64,000 bases of DNA, taken from assembly GCA_016748015.1 (NCBI GenBank), contig JAAOMT010000586.1, positions 248,001 through 312,000 of the forward strand. The letters are read 5' to 3'. Every line of letters starts with the position of its first letter. Positions within the stretch are counted from its first letter, which is position 1. Shown here piece by piece: positions 23,001 to 35,013 of the stretch. Position numbers and translations under genes: made by a program. The notes beneath the pieces are model-generated. The model was not told the DNA's origin. It saw only the letters and a list, made by a program, of their open reading frames with translations, and made no database searches. The stretch comes from Geosiphon pyriformis uo1. Its lineage: Eukaryota; Fungi; Glomeromycota.

Positions 23001-26000
23001 GACTAATGAATATACTGTTTATAATAGATTGGATCAAAGAGAAGTCTTCTCACTATTGCTGTAAAGAATTTTTTATGATTCTTTGCTTTGTAAGGTCAAA
23101 AAACATGAACAATTGTGTGATTACAGATTAAGTTCAAAATTTTTTCCAAGAACTAGTAAGATTGATTTTAAGAGTAACAGAGATTTTTTCTTTGTGACTG
23201 GTGCTTTTGTAGATAATACTATTTGGATTGGAAATTGCATGACAGCTACACAATGCATTTTGGACATTACAAGTAAGTTCTTTTTAATCAACAACATTTT
23301 AATTAATACAGACAAAATAATTACTATTCCTATCAATCAAGAAGCCAAAAAAGCTTTGCTGTCTATTAGTGGTTCTAGTATCTTCATAGCTAAAAGATAT
23401 GAGTCTTATTAATACTTGAGAATTTTTCTTTCAACAGATGGTTTGTCCAAACCAAGCTTGGCCAAAGCTTATTCAGATATCAGATTCTTTTTAAATGTGG
23501 TTTTAAGGAAGGCCATTACTAAGAAGCAGTTTTTGTATTTGGTTTCTGCTGTTTTGCAGCCCATAATTGGCTATAGACTGTAGTTCAATTGTGCTTCAAA
23601 GAATGTGTGTAAGAAATGGGATAAAATGTTAAGAAAAGAATTAAAGCTTAAGACCAACTTACCCAAGAATTTTCCAAATAAAGTCTTGTATTATCCTAAA
23701 TTATATGATTTAAGGACTTTTGAGCAAGTGTTGACTAAAAACCTATTAGCTGGTTTGGTTAATTTTGCTAATGCTAATGGAATCTTTAGCAAGTTATTTG
23801 AACACAAAGCCATAAAGCTGCAGACTGCTAACTAGATGTCTTAGCACTCTTTTTGGGTTCTAGTCAAGTTGTTAATTGACTTAATAAATTGTTTTCTGGC
23901 TGGTGCAACATGTGCTCTTGATTTGTGCAACCTGTCTTTGAGTGGTAATTTGTCTAATGTTTTTTGGGCTAAGAATAATATTGTGATTTTGAATATTCTT
24001 GGCTCAGAGTCTTATTTGGGTGTAATAAAATCTCTTAGAAGATATGGCATTGTGTTTGTAAACCAGCTTCTAAACTGTTGTGGCACATGTTTTATGTAGA
24101 ACATTTTTTGTAGATAAAAGAAACTGGACCTTAGAGGCCTAGTTTCTGTTTGGTTTGTTTTTTTAGTCCAATTTATCAGTGAGAGTAGTTTGTTAAATAA
24201 TGAGTTGTTGTCTTCTTATTCCATTTCTGCTGATTTTTTTTGTAACTTTGGTTATGTCAATAGGTGTCTACTGGATTTTGGGTTGGGTTTTATGACTATC
24301 TATATAAATGACTCTATCAAAAATTTGGGTTTGTTAGGTGCTTGTGGTGGTGCTGTTGCCTATTTTATGGATGTGAATACTAGTATTGAGATTAAGATAA
24401 ATGGATTGTTATTTTCTATTCTAGTAGAACTGCAGACCATCACTTTTGTTTGAAGTATATGCCTGTCTATTAATCAATTATCTTGTTTATAAACAGCCAA
24501 GCTTTGCTGAACATGTGTAACTTCATTAGTTATATATCTGGTTTTGACTTTCATGACAAATACTGGATCAAAAGAGAACATATTTATCAGGTTATTTCAA
24601 AAAAAAGTTTGTTAGTTACTTGAAAAAAGATCAAAAATTATTCTGGTGTTATTGGAAATAAATATGCCAATTTCTATGTCAATACCATAATTGCCTCTAG
24701 GTCTTTTCTGTCTTTTGTGGTGTCATATTGTTTTCTTAATATTAAAGACAGATTTGTTTCTGAAAATGCTTATTATTTTGCTAAAAAATTATTCAATACA
24801 GTTCACTTTGTTGGTTGGAAAGCCAAATGTGTTGGCAGTATTATGGATGTAAATCTCTGTAGCAGTTTTGATATGATTAGGATCTTTAATATTTGGTATT
24901 CTGATAACAAAATCTGATTTGGCTATACCAGTTCTGTATTAGCAACACTTCAGTTATACTTTATAAAAGCACTACACTATTGTTTGCCAGTGGCTAAAAG
25001 AAAAAAGATGTATAATCTAAGATATCTAAGTATTGCTTGCATTTAGTGTGGTATGATAGAAGACTTTGATTACATATTCTCTTGTGCTTATAATGACAAG
25101 ATTAGAAAAACTTTATTGTTTGATGCTGTTTTGAAATAGGATGTGTTGTTGGGCACTTCTGCTAATAGAAGTGTGTTTATTTGTTCTTTGAATGAAGCTG
25201 TTTCTTCTATTGATCTGTTCATAGTGCTGGCTAAGAATTTTGTTTTGAAGAGTTGGGTGGGTAACACAGTAAGCTGTTTGGATGCTAATTTTAGAGGTAA
25301 TATATTGGTTGTCAATTTTGTTTGTTGTTTTACTGAAAGTTACAGATTTGTTATTTGGTTGTCTGCAGCTATGTTAAAATCCTATTATAAAAAACACAAT
25401 TTTTTGCCATATAATGGTTTTTTTTTTTCTTCAGTATCTGGTTTGTCTTCTTTGTGGTCTTTTGAAATGGTATGAGATTTTAGCTTTAAATTGGGTATTT
25501 ATGTATGCTTTGAATTACATTTTTGTTTATTCAAGTTAGATTTTGGTTTCTCAAGTAATATTCCTGTGATAAATAGTTTAGATATATAGTGCTGTCTTGA
25601 TTGATTCAAGTGGCTGATTATGTATAAAAAGAGCATGAGCCATACTTAATTTAAATTCTGTTTTGATTCTATGTATTTAGGTAGTAGTTGGATTATACTC
25701 ATTAAACTTTAATAAAAAAAAATAATAAGTACTTTGGTATATTGTTTTTAATATAAGATTTTTAATTCTTTAGTATCTTAATTTAAGTTTGTATTGGTCT
25801 TAAAAAGCTAATTATTTCTAATAAAAACTTAATATTAAGATGTATTTATAATTAAAACTTTGATTAAAATAGTATTTTTATTAATTATAAAAAAAAATTA
25901 TTGATTTTTTTTACTAAAATTTTTTTATTTTATTATTATTAATAACAATTATTATTTAGATTAATCTGTTAATATTTTAATTAAGCTTTTGTATTAATTA

Positions 26001-26059
26001 ATAAATAATATATTTAATAAATTTAAAAAAAAACTTATTGTTTTTTTAATTTTATAATT

Positions 26060-29039
26060 ATAACCAAAACAAAAAATAAAAAGACTGTAGTTAATATTTT
26101 TTCAAAGATATATAATAAAATTTTAACCAAAAAAGTTTTTTCTATTGTTAAAGCAGCTAAACAAAATGTTTTAAAAGCTTTTTTTTTAATTAATAATAAC
26201 AAAAAGCTGTTTTTAGAGATTATTGTATCATTTTTTTCTTTTTTGGCTGATTTTTTGCTGGTTAAAATTTTCTTAAAAAGATATATTTAAGTCAATTTTA
26301 GTGTTGTCTTTATTTTTTTCAAAAGCCCAAAAGTATTTAATAATAGGCCAGTCAACAAGTTGGTTTTTTTACTATAGTTTCTATATTTGGTGCTATTAAT
26401 ATTATTTTTTTAAAAAATAGTCAAAAAAACCAAAAATTCAAAAAAGTAGAAGCAGTTACTCATCTCTGCTATTATTATATTAAACTTTTTTATAATTAAA
26501 TCTCTATTATATTATCCAATTTATTATTTAAAATAGACTAAAATTAACCACTGACTGTATTGCTAAATGTAATGTTTTTTAATAAATTATTGTCAATTTT
26601 AGAAACAAAACAACAGTTTTCTGTTAAATTATCTGTTTTTAAGACTAAATTAATCAGATAAAAACTAAAACATTCTTTTTGCTGGTTTTTGGTACTGTTG
26701 TTAATAGTACTTAAGAAATTATTTCTAATTGTTAAAAGTTTTCTAAATAAGTGGCCTTTACTCTAGTGCTTAGTACTACTTTTAAAATTAAATTGGCTTA
26801 TATTAAAACTGTTTTTTAGTCTGTACATGATTTTTTAAATGTAAAATTAGTATTAAAAAACAATATAAAGCTTTTTTATATAAAATTTGCTTCTTAAAAG
26901 TTTTTGAAAACTGTATTTTTGATTGAATTTACAAGTTTTATTTACTTGGCTATTTTTAAAATTGCCAAATCTTTAGTAGTTTTTAAATTTGGTTTTTTTT
27001 TGCTGCTGTTGCTGTATAATATGTCTTTAGATATGTCTGCTGTTAATATTAAGACAGTACTTAGTGTTTTTAATAAATTTGTTTGTATTATATTAGAGTT
27101 TGCTGGTGTTTAATAATACATAATTGTATATTTTAAGAAATTAGATGCTGCTGTGTTTGTTCTTAATTATTGGTTTGTTTTTGTGAATAAAAATAGTGAT
27201 AAAATTTTTTTTTGGTAAATTAAAATAAGTCTATTTTATTTAGAAACAGATTTAAAACCAAGTTAATCAACTTTTTTTTTAGCTATACTGTTTTTAAAAT
27301 TAGCAATATAATTTCTTGAGTTAGTAATTAGTCTTGTTTTATTTCTCATTTATTTAAATCTGATTATTGTTTTCAGTTTATGTTGGTTACATTTGGTTCT
27401 CAAATAGACTTGAATACTATAGTAGTTAAAACTAATATACTAAGAAAGTATTATATTTGATAGAAAACTTCTAATTATTAATATTGTTTTAAATATTAAG
27501 AAATAGACAATTTAATTGTAAATTGTAAGATTCTTTCATCTTTTTCTTTCAAAATTTTCAAGATATTTGTATTTTGTTTTATATATGTTAAGTTTTATGT
27601 TAAAGTTTTTGTTCTTGTGAATATTCTTAAATTTTTTTTCTTAATAGCTTTTATTTTTCTCTCTATAATATTATTTATATAAAAAAATACCAAAAAAAAT
27701 TAAAAAAACAGATTACAAAATAGATTAATAAGAAAATAGTACTCAATAAGTAAACACATTTTCAAATATAAGCACATTTTTAGAAAATAGTGTAAAAAAA
27801 GAGTAAAAATAGATAAAATCTTATATAACATAAATTATGTATATATAACAAAAATATTAGAAGCCAAAAAAACAGAACAGTAGCTAAAGATAAGTAATTA
27901 TTCAATATTTTTTCTTTTAAAAGATAGTTTTCTATAACTTAAAGTAAAATCATACTTATATCAATAAAAATATCCATTACTATCCAATTTATATTGTTAT
28001 TGTTTGATTAAGAAATATTAATTATTTTTATACTATTAACAATTTATGTTAATAAAATTCAATATTTAACTATATTAGACCAATAGTTTTTGATTATAAC
28101 TATTAACAAAATACTAATTTTTTATTTATTTTTTTATTTTTTTATTTTATTTTTGAATAATTAACATTAAGAATAATCTGGTAAAAGACTCATAAAACAA
28201 GGATAAAAAACTTAAAAATAGCTTATTAGAAGAGCATAACTGTTAACATAAACTGGTTATCATGCTAAAAAAAAATTTATGGAAAAAAACATCAATTAAA
28301 TCTCTATCTATTATACAAAAAACTCAACCAAAACCTTTAAAAATTACTATTATTAATAGTTATTAAGTACCAAGTTATAAGTTTATTATTTTTTTTAACA
28401 TTCCAAATAATTATTTGTAACAATAATTATTAATAATTTTCTGGTTTTTTTTTAGTTGGCTTTTTTAAAGTTTTAATTTGACCAAATTAATCATTTTGGT
28501 TGGATCTATTGCTGAACTTGTTAGTTTTTTAATAAATATGTTTAAAGAATTTATTAAAAATAATTTTATTTTAAGCAGTGTCTTTAATTTTAAAGTTAAT
28601 AAGCTTATAATGTATTTAAATGCTTTTAATAAGATTGTTAATAAGTTAAAAAGAAAAATAGTATTATTAAAAAAAATATTGCATAAATAATGTTAACATA
28701 TCTGGTGGTTTTATGGGTTAAGTTGTTGTTAATAATAAAACATTTTCTAATTTAATATTATTTTGGATTTATAAATTTGTTGAAATTAAAACTAATCTCT
28801 TAAAAACAGTTGAATAATTGGTTGGATTGGTTTTTTGTAGTATTATTTTGTTTAAAATAATTCAAAAAATGTTTTTTAAATAATTTTTTTTATTATATTA
28901 GCATAGTATAGTTTGAATTAGTTTGAATAGTTAGTTATATATAAAAAGTACATAAATTATATTTAGTACTGAGATATTTAATTTGTTTTTAACTTTTAGA
29001 TAATGATTAAGTTATATTTATTAAACAATTAAAAAAAAA
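26060..29039 (+). mobile_element. ORF1-only non-autonomous retroelement with the LINE 3' tail, extremely decayed
   Basis: Decayed ORF1-like frame with RRM-like segments and a knuckle remnant (CFKY*EIDNLIVNC, ~27484-27530). It ends at gcatag (~28906), followed directly by a gap-free homolog of the LINE 3' UTR and an A tail. No ORF2 sequence is recognisable. Confidence 0.75.
27669..28422 (+). repeat. Ghost solo LTR related to the Gypsy LTR, inserted in the ORF1-only element
   Basis: tctattatacaaaaaactcaa and taccaagttataagtttattatt...tgtaaca match the reverse complement of 9224-9360. TATTAT...GTAACA ends with ATAA on both flanks. Confidence 0.75.
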
Positions 29040-29388
29040 TTTATTATTTAAAATTAATTAAATTGATTCTTTTTTAATTTTTGTTTTAGTATATATAATT
29101 GTAATTGTTTTTTATTTAAAAATATTTATATTATTAAATAAAAAAAATGAGTTATTTGCTTTAAATTTAAATAAAAAAATATTTAAAAAATTAATATTTT
29201 TGGCTATTTTAACTAATAAAATAATAGTATTATTAAAAAAATTTTGTTGTTATATTGTAGTTTTATTTTTAAAAGTGCAGTTTAATAAAAATTTTGGTTT
29301 TTAAACATTATTAAATAATTAAATTAAATATAAAAATGTTTTAGTTGCTGTTAATTATTATTTTAAAAAATCAATTAACTATTAAAAC

Positions 29389-29505
29389 TTTTTTTTTTAA
29401 ATTTATTTACGAATATGGCCCAACCATTATCTAGCATATAAAAACATAACAAAAAAATCTTACTAAATATGGCTTATATACTTGCTATATGTAATCAGCT
29501 ACTTA
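29389..29505 (-). mobile_element. 5'-truncated LINE-family 3' tail
   Basis: The reverse complement (aagtagctgattacatatagcaagtatataagccatatttagt...A-tail) aligns to the LINE 3' UTR. Confidence 0.65.
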
Positions 29506-30989
29506 GTTAAAATTATTTTAATTATTAATTGTTTAAAAACAATTTAGTAATATTATCAAAGATTTTTTTTTTTAATATTATTACAGTTAAAAACCATAGT
29601 TTTTATTAATTATTATATGTATTAATTATTGATATTATATAGTTAGCCACTCTATTTTTAGAAAATAATCAATAATTTAATTATTAATTTGATTAATAAT
29701 TTAATTATTAACTTGATTATCAACTACTTTAAATAACTCTATAAGTAATATATTTTTTAGCTTTAAAAAAACATGTTCTAATATATAAAACATATATAAA
29801 TCAAAATAATAAAAATTATTTTTAAAATATCTTATTTTTTTTTAATTTGCTTATTTTTTTCCCAAAATTTTTTCAAGTATCTAAACATTTTTGTGATAAA
29901 AAATTACTTGTTAATATTTATTTATAATTGTTAATTTTAAAGATTATTGAATAAATATTTATTAAAAAAATAATTAATACTTAATATTAAATTTTAAAAG
30001 TGCCAATATAAAACATAAAATTATATTAATATATTATTTTTTGTTGACAATATAAACTATTTTTTTATCTTCAAATTTCTTTGTTACTTTTTGGAAAAAA
30101 TAGCAAATAAAATATTTATAAAACTAATCTTATATATTGAATTTATACCAATTTAATTTGCTTTTTAAAGTTGAATTCTTTTTTGATTATTTTTATTACT
30201 ATATAATTTTGTTTTATTTTATTATCTGTTAACTTGTTATTTTAATCTGTAATAATATTATTAATACTATTTGCTATTAATTTTATTGTTAATAAAAGTT
30301 AATAAATTTTTAATAAACTAATTTACATAATAAACATAAATTTAGAAATCTAATAACAATCTTAAAACAAATTTAATATAATGCTTTTATAGTTTTAACT
30401 TAAAAAATTTTTGTTTTTGTATTTTTTATTAATTTTAATTTTAAAAATACTCTTATTAAACAAAAATTAAGTTATTAATTAACATAGATAATATTTATTA
30501 TCAATTAATATATAATATTAATTTTAATTTATTACATATTATTTAATCAAATTATTAAAATATTAATATTTAATTAATAATTTAATTTGTAAAATACATA
30601 AATATAATTAAATATAATATTTAAATTATATAATATTTAAAAATTTGCCAAAATATTTAACAGTTTATCAAAATATTTAATGTTTAATAAAATAATTTAT
30701 AGTTCACTAAAATATATATTTAATTTGTAAAAATATTAATAAAAAAATTAATTAAAAATTAAAGTAATATTGTAATAAAATATATAAAAACAGAGCTTTT
30801 TTTTTGAAAAAATATATTAATTTATTAAGTTCTTAATTAATTAATTAACTATTATAAATTAATAAAATAAAAACCTATTTTAAAAACTTAATTTTTTTTA
30901 TAATTATAAATCTTAATTAATATTTTAAAATTAATTAATTATTAATTTTAATAACAGTTTTAATTAATTTTAAACTTAAACAAAAAAAC

Positions 30990-30991
<2 letters not shown>

Positions 30992-31020
<29 letters not shown>
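30992..31020. repeat. (TA)n microsatellite
   Basis: Direct read, about 14 units. Confidence 0.9.
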
Positions 31021-31024
<4 letters not shown>

Positions 31025-32765
31025 TCTTATTATTAAATAGCTTATAATCAAAATATTTTATAAAAAAATTGATTTTTATAGCAAAATAGCTATATATTAT
31101 TAAAAAATTTACAATTAAAAATTTTTGTAAAACAATTAATTTTTACTGTAAAATATTTACATAAAATAATTGGCATAAAATTGGCTATTTTTATTATAAA
31201 TCTAATAATATATATGGTTCAAAATATAAAAAATATTTTAAAAATAAATTAACTTATTAAAAATTTAATAATTTTTTTAATAATAAAATTAATAACAATT
31301 TAATATTATTAATATTAAAAAAAAATAACTAAAATTTTTAATAATACTATTATAAAAACTGTTTATTTTGTTTTTTTAAAACACCAATTTTTTAAAAAAT
31401 ACCAAATTTATCTTAAATTACCAATAAAAAAATAAAAAATATTAAACAGTAATTAAATTACAGTTTTTATATAATTTAATCCGATTTTTTAAAAAATACC
31501 AAACATTATAAAAAGAATTATTTACTTAAAAATTTTTAAAATTAATAATATTAAAAAATGTAATAATATTAAAATTATTTCAATATTTATGACTTTAACA
31601 ATAATTAAAATTGTTTTAAAATTGTATTTAATATGAAAAACATTTTACAACATTATTTTTAGTTATTTTGATTATTAATAATTTTTTTTGTTTTAAATAT
31701 AAAAATAATATATGTAAAATCAATTATATTTAAATAAAAATATATTATATTTTAACAAAAAAAATATTTTCAATTGGTTTTTAAAATAAAAATTTGAATA
31801 TTTATTTATATATTTATTATTATTATTATTTATAATTATGTATTGTTTATCATATTCAAAAGATATAATAATTATAATTTATTTTCTGTAAGTTTTTTAT
31901 TAAAAATAAATAAATATTTATTTATTTTTTGAATTTAAGTTGAAATCTTTATTTAAAAAATCAAAATGAATAAATTATCTAATAACGAATCAATAAAAAA
32001 AGTAAAAACAAAAACAAAGATTATGTTTTAAATTAAAATATGTTTAATTAATAATTTACTTTATTAAATACATTCTTAATATTTTGTTTTTTATTAATAA
32101 AGTTAATAAAGTTAATAAACTTGATAATTAACTAATATTGTGTTTTTAACTAAAATTTATGCAAAAAAAGTATTAATTTGTAAAGTAAATAAAATTAAAA
32201 AAAAACATGATATTTCCAACATAATTAAACAAATTTGTAAAATTAATCAGAAAAAAGATAATTAGTAAAAAACAGTGTTTTTAATTTCTAAAATCAAAAA
32301 AAACCAAATTTAACACTAAAAAATAAATATTTGTTTCATGATAATAATATAGAAATACTAGATACAAATTTAATTTGTTCTATTATGATTTTGTAAAATT
32401 TGCACAACAATGAAAAATCTTTGTCGATAATATAAAAAACAAAATTATCGTTCAGCTTCTTTTTCTATAATAAAGAGATTTTTTTGCTTGGAATTTCAAT
32501 TTGGGCAAAAAGACATAATTTCCCCTTTGATAGAGAATATGTTTTATTGATTCGCTTGAACACATTAATTTTGTCCATTCAATATTTGTTGGGACTTCAA
32601 AGCTATATTCAATGAATTAGCGAATCTTTGATTCTAAGCTTGTATGAAAATGGGTCAAGAATATAGTTAATATTTAATAACATATGATTCGATGTTCTAT
32701 CTATGTCACTTTTTGAGATTGTGTTAAAAAGATAGCATAATAGGATTAGGTTGTTCAATACAACA

Positions 32766-34076
32766 ATGGCGTCTACCGACTCGCGAATTATTACAGAACT
32801 TACCGAAGAAGATCCGCTGAATTCGGAGTTAACCTTACCAGAAGAAGTCACAGAGAAGCCAGAGCTTACCTTAGAAGTTCCAGAGAAACCAGAGTTCACC
32901 GTAGAAGTTACCAAGGAGACAATAGAAGAGACAAAAACAAACAACGAAACGTTCAGCTTGAATGAAGAGGCCAGACAAAGAGCAGCTAATGCAGAACGTT
33001 TAGAGGCTGGAAAGAAAAAGAAAGATTTGGGGAATGAGTTTTTCAAGAATGGCAATATACAAGAAGGTAGTAGATATCCAACTACAGAGCGTTAATTGAT
33101 ATTAATTCGATCTTTCCTGGGAACCTCAAATGTACATATTATTTTCCCTTGCTATATTACGAAGCCCTTCGAAACTATCACAAAGTAAGTTGCGACTAAC
33201 ATAGCCGCAGATTTCAGTTACTATTTCAACTACACCCAAATTTATCTCAATCAAGTTCAATCGCTTTATTTCTAGGCGTTATTGGACCTAAATGGTCTTC
33301 AGAACAACAAAAGTTTTGCTATCTTTCGCAAGGACCAAAACAAACAACCTGATAAAGACCCTTTACAAGAAGATATAATCAAAACTGTAGCACTTGTGTA
33401 CAGCAATATGGCAGGTACTTATCATTATTCGTCAGCCCCCCCCCCATTTTGAAAAACTTGAGCTTCGCCATTTTCACACTGTATTTTGCTCTGTCTAATT
33501 CATAGCTTGTCAGATAAAACTCAACAAATCAACACGAGCGATTGAGTGTGCAAATCAGGTGAACCAAAATTATTGCCTAGTTTGAAATTTTGTTCTTTTT
33601 TAAGAAGCCCAAAGTTCTTTCTGGCAGTTCGTTAAAGACCTTCAATTTATATCGAAATCTCAATACCAACAAAGGCCTTAAAGAATGATCCAACGAACGA
33701 AAAAGCTCTGTTTAGACGTGCTCAAGCTTATATTAATGAAGGAAACGTAGACGGTGCTGAGGCAGATTTAAAGAAATTGTCCGAGAAAAATCCGGATGGT
33801 AATATATAATCATCGAATTTCGTATCAGGTGTCGCATTCAAATCCGCTGATATTATTTTTTTATGTTCAGATCCTGGAATTAAAAGAGAATGGCAAAGGC
33901 TTAAGCTTAAGGATAAACAACAAGAAAAAAAACAACGCCAAGATTTGAAAGGGATTTTTGAGCGATTGCGAAAACAGGAAGAAAAAGAGGAGGCCGAGAA
34001 AACAAAATTGTCATCTTCTAATTCCAATAATGCAAATGAGCCAAAAATTCAAGAGCTAGATCCAGATGAAGAGTAA
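32766..34076 (+). CDS. TPR-domain protein (TTC9/FKBP-type TPR co-chaperone-like), 6 exons, ~280 aa
   Basis: Exons 32766-33066, 33165-33184, 33276-33414, 33506-33558, 33675-33798 and 33871-34076 with GT-AG introns; the total of 843 nt stays in frame. Motifs KDLGNEFFK, ALRNYHKALLDL, YSNMAAC, KALFRRAQA. Confidence 0.88.
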
Positions 34077-35013
34077 ATTTTAAGCTGTAGATGAACATGA
34101 TATTGTAGAAATTCGGTTCTTTCTGTAAGTTAACTATCTGCCTATGAAATTGATCATCAATTTAAAATTACTTTACTCTCCATCAATAGCAAATCTTTTC
34201 AAAAGTACGTGCCATCAGCCGATCTTCTCATTATTTTCACGCCCAAAAGATTAAAATAGATTTTTGATTTTTTTTAATAGTATCTAAAGATAGTAGATGA
34301 GATCGCATTTTCAAGGTTTTTTTAGGCTTAGCATCTTCATAACCCGATTCTTAAGCTTGATGATTGACAGAGTACACAGCAGCTACTAAAAAAAAATCAG
34401 ACAGCTTGATTCTGTAGATCCTGATCTTCGCTTTTTATGTTATTGCACGAGGCATATGACCAACCGCTGAACTATGAGTAGTATGCAGGAGGCAAGAACA
34501 CGGAGATTCGAGAATAAATGTGAAATAATTTATACAAGAATTTAAAAGATGAAAGCTTGTCCTCAACTGGAAAATCCGACAATCGAGAAGGTATCATAAA
34601 ACCTTTTATCGAAAAATAAAGGATCTAAATTACAGTGGTGATTATCTAAAAGCTGGACTTGGATTACAAACAGAGAAAAAGAGAAACATTTAAAAACCCC
34701 TATTTCTCTAATAAATTCATGATTGAAACAAAGATCTTCAGGTGCTGTCGTTCCGTCAACGTTTCCCCGAAAATAAAAAGGGGTAGATCACGGGTGCAAC
34801 AACAGTTACTTTTCTAGTCATTTCTAGACTAGATTGTGTGTTCCTTTAAATAATCTGATCGATAATGTCCACCAAAATGTTTGAATATCCTCGCATCAAG
34901 AATATTATGGGGTTTTCTCCTCAAGTTGTAAAAATTTCCTGTATCTTTAAACCAGATTTTTAAGCCCCACTCCTGGATTTTTTTCTTTAATTGAAAAGAA
35001 GCCTATTTCAATC

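Larger units (their letters stand above)
14810..25722 (+). mobile_element. LINE copy 2, full length, heavily decayed, split by a pogo element
   Basis: 5' end matches copy 4. ORF1 14911-20929, ORF2 ~20926-25589 (AFVDNTIW, RNase H, Zn finger). Shared 3' UTR and A tail. Confidence 0.9.

Noticed and set aside
29520-30200. Possible fossil coding sequence on the minus strand
   Set aside because: Too decayed to assign a frame or family by eye.
34355-34428. Possible C/D-box snoRNA (TGATGA...CTGA) between the convergent genes
   Set aside because: Weak terminal stem and no recognisable rRNA guide; the boxes could occur by chance.
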